From Ascidiella aspersa (Eukaryota), in assembly GCA_963924565.1 (NCBI GenBank), contig OZ004608.1, positions 33,108,001 through 33,172,000 of the forward strand: a DNA stretch of 64,000 nucleotides, in the 5' to 3' direction. This document shows, in pieces, positions 35,278 through 45,700 of the stretch (the stretch's first letter is position 1; each line of letters starts with the position of its first letter). Both the position numbers and the translations under genes were made by a program. The notes under the pieces are model-generated. The model was not told where the DNA came from and did no database searches. It worked only from the letters and a program-made list of their open reading frames with translations.

Positions 35278-38200
35278 ACCTAAACGCTTTTCCAACCTTG
35301 TTACATTTTCATGGTTTAAAATGTCTAAAGTAAAAATGCTTTGTTTGAGTAAAGCATGTTTTTCACCATTTGTCCACTGTTTTAACCCAGTCGTGGAACA
35401 GTATAAGGCGCTTTTCGAGGTAAAAAGGTTTTTAAGCTGTCATGCTGAGTAAAATTAACTACCAATAGCCAAAAAAGGGGGCCGCGATGTTAGTGAAGCG
35501 GCCTCCTAAACCGGCCCTTATAAACTGCACAGCGACGATTGAGCGTCGGGCTCGCGGGCTTTGGCGCTATCGCAGGCCGCAGGGACAATGGCCGGGCACT
35601 CATCGCGCTACTCGAAAACCTTGTTCGTTTACACAAGTTGTAATTTCACACCTCTGACCCCGACGGGACGACGTCAGCGCAGCGTCGTTCGCTACCGGAT
35701 TGGTGCTACTGATACTACTCAGGATGATTTTTACTATAGAACTCTGTCGATGCTACGCGGCATGTATGCTGCCGTCACTTTTTGCGCTTTTACTCACAAG
35801 TTTGCATTGCGGTTAAGGACATTTATCGATAAAGCTGAGTAACGAAAGTGTTTATGATGTTCACCAAGCCTATATAATGTGCATCATTTTTCTGTGGAAA
35901 GATATTTATAGCAAGTTTTGGGGTAAAATTCTGATGTACTTCCAAATTTGGTCACTCATCTTCCAGAAATAGCGATGTAATACCAAGACAAACATAACAC
36001 CAAGCTTCGAGTATTACTATATAGATTTAATTCATTCTCGAGAGTCCGGTAGCAGTCTGACACTGCTGCCATTACTGCTGCTTCTATATCTCACATCGCT
36101 GTCGATGCCGTTTACGGACTTACCTGCAAGTTTGCATTTAGAGCGAATTGCCAATAATTTTATAAATTCCCTAAATAGGATGGGCGTATTTCTTGTATGC
36201 AGAATGCGGCGTTTTATTTGGGTTACTGAATAAAAGAAACAGCAAAGCGTAAATAAGAAACGTTATACATATAGTTTATAAATAAATAAACTGTTATTGC
36301 TAGCTTTTATGTCGACTTGTGTTATAACGATTGCGTGATACTAAGTAAATTGTTCTACGATTAATCCCAAAAATTACGAGATATAGAAAACTTAATTATA
36401 GCATAATGTATAACACGTGATTTCGCCATAAAACGTTTTATTCCATTTAATTAGTTAAAATACAAATCATTGCATTCTGTTTTTCAGTATACTTGAATTT
36501 GTCGAAATTGTACTTTTATTTTCAAATTGACTTCGGAAAAAGATGCTTTGTGTAGTATTCTGTCGTATTATTCAGTAAAGCAGGCACGGAGGGTAAGACA
36601 AGTTCTGAGTTGCTGAATTTGTTGTTGTTATTGTTGTGTCGGTTGTTGTTTATCGATCTTAGTTGTGCAAAATCGTTGTATTATTAAAGCATATACACAT
36701 AAAGGCATGCTTGCACCGACTAGCAATATATACATACATTGTTAAACCATTATTCAGCGACTTCGTTGAAATTCGATTTTTTGCCACACGTGTGCGGCCG
36801 AAACATTCCGTAATGTGGAAGACAAATTTATCTTGAGTTAAGCAATATTGACCCACGCTTTCCTGTTCAAATAAATCGTTGACTCACCGACGGAGCTGAG
36901 AAAACCAAGGCGTTTCGCGCTTCGAGGAAAAAAGTTTAGCTCGAAGGTACAAAGTACGCCGTAATTGAAAGAAGACGTCCCGTTTCTCGAAATCAATAAT
37001 GATGATGATATCTCTTAATCGTAATTGACAATTACGTTTAGGCCTGAGAGAAAACAAATCTGCGTCTGTTACTGGTCTTAAAGCTTGGTTGTTTGGATGA
37101 AGATTTGGGCCATGGACTGTTTAGGCACAGAGAAGAAAATATAGAGTTGGATAGCTAATTTTGCTCTGTGTAAAGCTGGAATGGCGTTTACTAACCATCC
37201 CCAAAGCGCCGCTGCGAACCGCCAACCATAGCAGGTAGATGTGAAGATAGTGCATTGGCGAGAAACAGAATTAAAAAGAGAGAAATAGAGCGCTGTAGGC
37301 CACGGTCAGTGGTGCTCTGACGCATGGGATTAAGCGGCAGTGACTTGTCAGTCGCTTTTGAAGTGGTTTTAGCTGCCTTGGAACCTTTGAACTCGGCGAG
37401 AAATTAGAATTAGATCAGACCCGTTAACCTGTTTGTTATCCGCCTTGTTTATTGTGTCTGGTCGCGCCACAACCTACGGCTTCAAAGAAGCTTGATGATA
37501 AAACAGCGACACGACCGTTTTAAGGCGTGAATTATCTTGCGGTATACGACGGTTCAAGAACTGTTCGGTTTAGCAAACAAACAGTGTGCACGCGGTTTAA
37601 AATTAGCGCAAAGCCTATACCTGTCCGTCACGTACATTACTTTGACGCAAAACCTTTTGGAATGACATGACTAAAACAGCGGTCGTTTGATATGGTTACA
37701 GTTCGTGGGAATCATGGTTCGGCCAGAGTTGGATAAATTAAATGAGGATGGACTGTGTTTATTTAAATGATGTGCGTATAGTTGCGCCCTTGGCCAGAAT
37801 CACGCAGCTACAAGGTGAAACATCGAAAGGCCGCTATTGTAGAACCTTGTTAACGACCTTTTATAAAACTGTCCTGCTTTTATCGCATATTTTATCTTTT
37901 GCTAGAACGAAAGCTGAAGTGTGTAGTAGTTTGGCATGTAAACGAATTACGACTACAGTAGATGAATATACGACCGAGATAAATACGATTTCGCAACTTA
38001 CAGATTGGCCAAAGCAGCTCACAGGGATTACATGGCCATTACTTTCGTGCCACTAAATAAGAAAAACGCATTCCCTCACATAATAATTGAAGGTTGTAGT
38101 AAGACGTAATACGAGTATAAAGTCCATGCAGAGTAATAGGTATCATTTTAAACGTTTTGAATGACATCGTCTGTTAAAAATGAATAAAGAGTTATTCTAA

Positions 38201-40399
38201 ACCTTTAAAATGCTACCTACTTCTGTGTAGGCTTTGATATTTTTTTATTACGGCATTCTCTCACAGTTTAGTACACCTGACCGCCAATCGGAATTCGGGC
38301 TAATTGCTCGTAATTGGAATCGCTGTGTTGATTCGCCTCCATATATATCTCGATCGCTCGAATTTAGATTGAAGTGTTTGCTCTAATCACCCTAATCGCC
38401 CGTTTACCGTGAACGCCTTTTCGAAATTCACATCAACAGACTGCGGCGCCATTTTCCTACGAGATTCCACCGAAACGTGAATGAAAGTTAACGCCATTGC
38501 TTTAGCGAACGGTGAATTGAATTTTTTTTCTTTGAAAAACGTGAAGTATATTTGAAATTAAAGTAGCATTAATTTTGTTTTATGGTAGTGTGAATAAATC
38601 TAAACAAAAATATCTTAATATTTCGACGCTTATTATAGTTTATACGAAATCAAACTGTTGTCGATTATGAAGGTATTTTGCCAATGACGATTTTACTCGT
38701 TTCAATATTTTCGGAAGTAATCTTGTTTAAGACGATCGAATTTTTTCCACAAGTTTAACATATGAAAAAGGTTGATATTTTTCGTTTATTCAAAACTTGC
38801 ATAAAAGTTTTTAAGTATTAATGAATATACTGTTGCTGCCAGGCATTATATTAATTATAAAGAGTTTGAATAAATAATTGTCGGAAGAACCCTCTTTGTA
38901 ATTGATTATTTAAAGATTATTATTTTTAGTTCAAACGTTTTACCATGACACTGTTCTTTACATTTTTATTCCAAAATAGACCAAGTGAAATCAAGTTACC
39001 GGCATACCAAACGTCAACTATTTTGGAAGTTTTAAACAAAGTTTTTACCGACAATTGAAGTAAATAGATATTTCAAAGCAAATATTTTACGGTCTTCGAA
39101 TTCATTAGTTTGATTAAAGAGGAGTCTTAAGCGAAACTGAAACCCACCGTTAGGGGTCGTTTATTTTTAGTCGTACTCCACAACTTGATGTATAGTAGTT
39201 AACACGACCGCTCGCTTCGTTGTTGATACTCCTTAAATTCCGCTCGGCGAAAAAACAAAAACACATTGGGCGACAGAAGAAAACAACAAAATGATGCTCG
39301 GCGGGCGAAGGGGAGAAGGGAGAGAGACCGGGCGACGCCAGCTTGATTGCGGAAAGCGAGAAAAGCGAAAAAAAGGCCGACTGTAGAACAGCAGAGGCGG
39401 TCCTGTGCCCTGCGATGCGAGATCACCGTGGCGAGAAAGAGAGGAAATTCGGTCCCGGGCCCTGGGCATCTTAGACCTCTGGAGCGGGGGAGGCCGATCA
39501 GTCATTGTACGTGGAGCATGTCGCCGTGCGGCCGCCGCCGCAGCCGCCGTGTCTTGCCGTTCGCCGAAAATAACAGAAGAAAAATGTTTTTTTTTTCTTT
39601 CTGGTTAAGGTTCAGTTTCGCCCTGTTATAGGATTTAGTGGGAGAGGTTTTAGTTTCGAGTGTTGTTCAGCAATTTGTTTTTAGGGTTAAAATGGAATTG
39701 CAGTAGACAGATATTTAGCATATAGATGTCTATGTTAAAAAAATATATGCAATAGGATTTGAGATTTCTATTGAGGTTAAATGTGCTTTTTTATGTTTTG
39801 GGGTAAAAAGTGGCATCAATTTGTTCCGCGTTGCGTGTAGTCCCACAAAGCAGGGTTTTTAATTTTAGAAAAATAGTTTTTTTTGTGAAGAAAAGTTCAC
39901 TTTGTTTTGGTAGCCAATAAAATGAGAAAATTTCGATTTTCATTTTCGATTTTGTGGTCCTTATGTCGACAAAAAAACGTTTGTAGTGTAGTTTTGGGGA
40001 AAATCCTTTTAAAGCATGATTTTTGCCCTAGCCCCTAATTCCATTAGGGGGCGCGAGCTTTGTTTCGACCTGTCAACATACCCTGGCAGTTCGGGAGTTA
40101 TTGAGATTCAAGGTGCTTAAAAGTACAAATTTCGTTGCCAACCTAAATGCATCGACGTGTTTTTCGTGTTGCGTTAATACCAGAAAACGAAATTTGAGTT
40201 TTTCGCCGACTAAAGAAAATTTCTGGAATTTTTCAAATCAATAGTTCACATTATTTTTCTAAAAACGCGAGCTTCAACTTTATTTGTAAAAAATTTGCCG
40301 TCGTTTAATTTCGATAATTTTTCGCAAAAAAACGTGTTGTTCCCTAAACCCTTCTCTACCAGTAGCGTGACGGCAAATTTAGGGGCGCGAGCAAAAAAA

Positions 40400-41000
40400 A
40401 ATAAGACGAAGAAGAAGTAAAAACACTCGGGGGTCGCAGCGGGTTTGTTTCGCCCTCTTGAAGCCTAAGTGATCGCGCACAATCGGATGTAGTCCTGGTT
40501 AGAGTTGACGAGTGCGTCGTCAAACTGGGTTTATCAAGCCCCTACCCCCTACCCCCTACCCCCAACCCAAGACCAGCAGTGGGAGATAGCAGGGAAGATT
40601 ACAGATCTGTCCGAGCGTCAGTGACTTTACTTGCCCTTGCCTGCTTACGCAAGCTAGCTCTGGGACTAGGTTGGAATCAGCAGCAGCAGAGTTAAACGAC
40701 GCAATTAGTCACACGCGTACTCCTTGTCTCGCCCGCTTAACACAAACCAGATTGCGCGGGCCTGGCTGGGTGTCCGCGACCGTTTTGGTTCCTCTACGTA
40801 TACGCAAGTAAGTGAGGGTCCTTTTGCTTTAGGGCGCGCGAAATTGTCTGTCACAGATCGGCCTGTCAGGGCATCGCGACATCGGAACGAGTGCGATAAT
40901 GTGCTTTAAAAGTTCAGAGAGGGAAGACATTGGCCGGTCCTGCGGTATCAGGCAAGATGGTTGAGTGGCCGCGAAAGAGAGCTTGTGAGGGACAAATTGA
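40400..41000 (+). promoter_or_regulatory. Candidate NK4 proximal promoter / 5' non-coding region
   Basis: CpG/GC-rich block 0.4-1 kb upstream of the ATG with Inr-like TCAGT/TTAGTC and a C-tract repeat; TSS not determinable. Confidence 0.4.
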
Positions 41001-41409
41001 TTCTGATATCGACAAATTGAATCTAAATCTCCTAAAGAAACAGTGCATCGTCAAAAGCTATTCAGAACAGTAAAAACTAATTAGCAAATGTACCAAATAT
41101 TATTAAATTATAGAGCAGTGGTTCGAAACTTTTCGAAAATAATGTGTTTTTTATTTTAGTGCGGACAATGCAGAATTTAGTCTTAAAATATTTTTGTTTA
41201 AGCGAAATAAAAGTGAGAGGGAAAGGAGAGTTATAAGCAAGGCCAATACGTAATTTTACCCAAACTTTAACGCTTGTAGATGTTAGTTTGTTTATGACAT
41301 GTTTTTTTTCTATTTCAAGCTACGCAAGTAAACGCAAGAAAACGAGAAGAAAACTTGTGCCTAAAATCTTAGTACAGCTGCAACTTCACCTCCCTGTTTG
41401 GCTGGCATC

Positions 41410-42514
41410 ATGATCCCAAGTCCAGTGGGTTCCACACCCTTTTCAGTGAAAGACATCCTCAACCTAGAACGCCATCACCAGCAACAACAACAGCAGCAGC
41501 TTTCTTGCGCTCCAAACGGAGCCGACTCCACTTTTCCTGGTGGATTCAACAGCGCTCAACAGCAAGTCATGGGTATGAGTTGCGCGCCTTCCAAAATCCT
41601 AAGCGATGTCGGTCCCGGTTTGGCCGGCCTGGACGCAATGCAGTATCGCACTAGCCCGGGCGGCATGCCTTCGCCGGGCGATAGAGCACATATTCCCGTC
41701 AACGGCGGCGAAAAAATTGCTGCCATGGATGGGGGCAAGAATATGGCGGCGCCAGCTGATTCAAGCAACGAGATTTACAGAGCGTCCGATGGCGACAAGT
41801 TTAAACCGTCCGGTTACCAGCAGTCCTCGGCCGAAGCCGCAGCCTCAGCGCTTGTACATTTCTCACACCAGCAACAGCAGCAGCCTCAAAACCAGCACTT
41901 TGACATGAGCCATCAGCGCTACCCGGTCGAGTACTACAATCAGCTCACCCAGTTTGAGGGCAACTTCGGAATGGCGCAGTACAGTGCAAGTGGAGAGAAC
42001 CCGGTTGAACTCGGACAGCGAGTAGACTCGTACCCGCCTCACTGCTACTCGAAACCCGAGTCGAACGAAGGAATCGTAAAGGACTCTTCACCTTTGGCCG
42101 CAACAACGACCGGAGCCTATTTCCAACACAACGGATTCGGTCTTCCCTCTTCTTCTGCTCCCAGCATCCACGGAGGCTTTCCGTACTCCGAGAGTCCGCC
42201 GGACTCTTTCTCCGCGCATCCGCATGATACAAGCGGAAGCCCAGATCCCCACTTCGTAAGGAAGATGTCCTCCTACAGCGATCGCAACTCCGAGTCTGAC
42301 ATCACCGGATCATCCCTCTACACGTCTTCCGCTCATGGAGGAAGCACAAGCGCTCTCGTTCCCTTTACCTCCTCCTCTCCGACGAGATCTCCCGCTCACT
42401 CGGAGGAGCGATCCAACGTGGATCATCTTCTCGACTCGGCCGGTGACGATTCTCGCCAGAGGAACTACTCCGGAGGAGAAATGAGGAACGAAGATACTCC
42501 GAATCCGATAACAG
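41410..42514 (+). CDS. NK4: NK4 (tinman/Nkx2-5 class) homeobox gene, coding exon 1 with TN/eh1 motif and long Q/S-rich region
   Basis: ATG at 41410 gives MIPSPVGSTPFSVKDILNLE, a canonical TN (tinman) domain; donor GTTGGT at 42515 (phase 1) joins in frame to 51985. Confidence 0.93.
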
Positions 42515-44957
42515 GTTGGTGCTCTTTAGATTTTTGAATATATTAAAGTTAAGCAACTTCTGTTCATGCTGATGCTCAAAATGCTGTTTTACCGCTGAGA
42601 AATGTCCTTAGGAAACTTTTTTTTGTAAACGAAACATGCTTTGTGCTTTTGAGAGTTATATTTCTCCTAAGCGTTTTCGCTTTTTTCGAAAGCAAACTCG
42701 ACCAACCTTGGGTTTTTTTCCGAAATACTATTTTCAAATGTCTATTGATTACCTCATAGTTGAAAAAAATCGTGAATCTTGTTGAAAATAACCATTTTGA
42801 TGATATAAAAATGCTTCAAATCTCTCTTAAAATACGCTAAGGGAGTAAATTTTCCGAAGCTTTCTGAGCTACGTCAAACTTGGGTTTAGTCTTCGGGTAA
42901 ATTAGTATTTGTATTGCATGTTTTGTCCTGCTAACGTTTAGCGACAAAACCAAGGGTATATTAAAGTTGTAAGGGTTTTCTTGTGGATCGGTTAGTGAAA
43001 ATGGAAATAGGACAAACAAATAGACGAGACAACGGATGATTCGCTGTAATCAATCAACTACAAGTTCCAGGCGATTCTTTACCCAAGAGTAAACAGCGGG
43101 GGCGTCGAATTTCGAATGCTTGGCGTATGAGTGGAATTAAAAACGGGGCAATTAATTTACACCAATGTATTTTCTCCCGTCAATAATAATTACACGATGA
43201 TAATAACAACTATATAACAACAACAATAACAACAACAAGGTCTGGTCGGCTAGACAGGGCGCCTACAATGTTTAAATGTAAACCTGCTTCTAGTAAACTA
43301 ATCAATTGTGCCGTGGATGTTCAAAATAACAAATAAACACTTCAAACTTCGAGATGCATTGGGCGAATAGACAGACAACTGGTCTCGCTGTCGTCCGGGG
43401 GATTTAAGCCTCTGGGCCGGCGCCAGTGGTCTGCTAGGAAGAAAACGGCAACAGTGTGACCGTATCAGATCATTGGCGACAGGGGGGGGGGAGAGGGTGT
43501 ATAATGCGTAACAACAACAATTATTGTTGCGCGCGTCGCTGCTCTGCGGAGCGGCAGTGAAGCGGCGGCGGGATTTGGCGTTCCTTTGTCCGGCGCGCGA
43601 CGCTACACGTCGGCAAATAAACGCGACAAGGGGCTAATTACGAGTTAACAAGTAGCAAGACAAATCGGGCATTTTGCGACTCTACAATCCGGGGGGAGGG
43701 GGGAGACAAGGCGGTGCCTCTCGGACCGGGGCACGATGGCCGTATAATGGCCCGCCGCCGCCATTTTGAAATCGTGCGTCGCGCGCGCCTTACAAATTGT
43801 TGTCGAAATAATGCGCCTAATCCGATTGGGCGACTGGGATGGCGACTGTCAGACAGCTATCTACACTTGCAATCTAGCAAGGCTCACCTGCACATGCAAC
43901 ATGCACGGCGCCCGTCTGGCCAGGGGTGCCGAAAGTTGGGCCGGGACCTAGGGGCCCGGTGTGCCGCGCCATGAAAGGAAATATTTGTCGGGGCCGCGTG
44001 AAATTGATACGTGCGTGGGAAAGTTACCTGTTTGGCGTCGGAAGGGTGCGTAGCGAAAAGTCCCGTCGCCCGTTCGCTTGCTTATATGCCTGTGGTTAAG
44101 TACACAGCAATACCAAAACACATCATTCGCGGACGAAATCGCGAACTTGCGCCAAGGTTAAACCTAAAGGCGGTCGACTGTGATTATTGTATAATTGGCA
44201 CCGCGCTAAACTGGCCTGTCGCTCAGCGCGATCTATTATTCCGAGCCTATAGTCAGCAACCGGCCATTACGAGACAATAGCCCGACTGATTGCTGACGCA
44301 TGGCGCTGGAAAAGCGGCTATTAAACTATTGGACGCAACCAGCCAAGTCAAACTCGGCTGAGATTGTCGCATAAGGCTTAAAACGGCATTCGTAAGGCCG
44401 CAAGATCGAAAATCACTGTCTCCGTCGTACGGGAGCGTCCGTTTAGTTTTATTTACTCAAAGCCGACGCGATTCGACGACGAAGCTGCTGATTAATACTC
44501 GGGCGTCCCTGGAAAGCACCGTTTGATTACGACGAAGCAAATTCGCCTTGTTTACACATCCGCTAACCTTTTTAGTCAGCTGCTGTGCGACGTTTGCCGT
44601 CCTTGGGTGATTTAATAAGCTGGTTAACCGCATTTCTGTCGTTTTACATTTTTTATTGGTTCGACTAAATTTTGATGGAAAATTGAGCACGCTCTGTAGG
44701 GATTTCGTGTGCAATTCGAACGCACTTTAAAGTTTTGTGCTGTTTTTTTACATTCGCAGTGCAAAAAACGCCGCAAAACTGTGTTTAAATTGGCAGCGAA
44801 CAAATGCTATACCCGCTACTTTATAATTATGTTATATTTGCTGTTTTCGCTATATCAATGTCACCAATAAGTAAAAAAAACACAACCGTTTTATCTGGTC
44901 AAAGATTTAGGGCAACTGTGATTATATAAAAACAAACTATGCATCCTCTATGGATGT

Positions 44958-45700
44958 CACAATACATTTTTTGGGTGTTTAAAATTTCATCAGTGGGAAT
45001 TTAAGTGCTGGAATACGTAATTTGAAAACAGTTTAAGACTGGTGTTATACATTTTTCCACCGAATTGTCACCGCCGAATATTTTTGATTTGCTGATCCGG
45101 CAGCCATTTAAGTTCTTCAAAAACAACCGTCGTCAGAGTTTTAAGGAAGTTATCTCACGTCAAAGTTTTAAGTCAGTTATCTTAACTAAAAATTAAATTT
45201 TAATTCTTTTTTGTATACCACAACACATCTTCGTTTGGTATTTTAGATTTAATCAGTGGGAATTTGCTGAAAATACGTAATTTAAGTGCTGGAATACGTA
45301 ATTTGAAAACAGTTAAAGACTGGTGTTATTCATTTTTCCACCGAATTGTCACCGCCGAATATTTTTGATTTGCTGATTCGGAAGCCATTTAAGTTCTTCA
45401 AAAAAATCGTATTAAAATTTTAACAAGCTTTTGTACAACCGTCGTCAGAGTTTTAAGACAGTTATCTCACGTCAAAGTTGAAGTCAGTTATCTTAACTAA
45501 GAATTTAATTTTAATTCTTCTTTGTTTACCACAACACATCTTCGTTTGGTATTTTAGATTTAATCAGTGGGAATTTAAGTGCTGGGTTACGTAACTTAAA
45601 AACAGCTACAGATATTTCTTACACATTTTTCTATCGACATTTCACCCGTCGCATATTTTTGGTTTTCTAATCCGGGAGCAATTTAAGTTCTTCAGAAAAA
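44958..45700. repeat. Tandem repeat of about 2.6 copies (periods 263 and 311 bp) in the NK4 intron
   Basis: CAGTGGGAATTT anchors at 44991, 45254 and 45565; long near-identical blocks such as CATTTTTCCACCGAATTGTCACCGCCGAATATTTTTGATTTGCTGAT. Confidence 0.95.

Noticed and set aside
43419-43433. GGCGCC-agtg-GTCTG as a canonical BMP response element
   Set aside because: The spacer is 4 nt, not the 5 nt required by the Smad1/5-Smad4 composite.
44958-45700. CRISPR-like array interpretation of the tandem repeats
   Set aside because: Eukaryotic context, long fully repeated units without unique spacers, and no cas genes.
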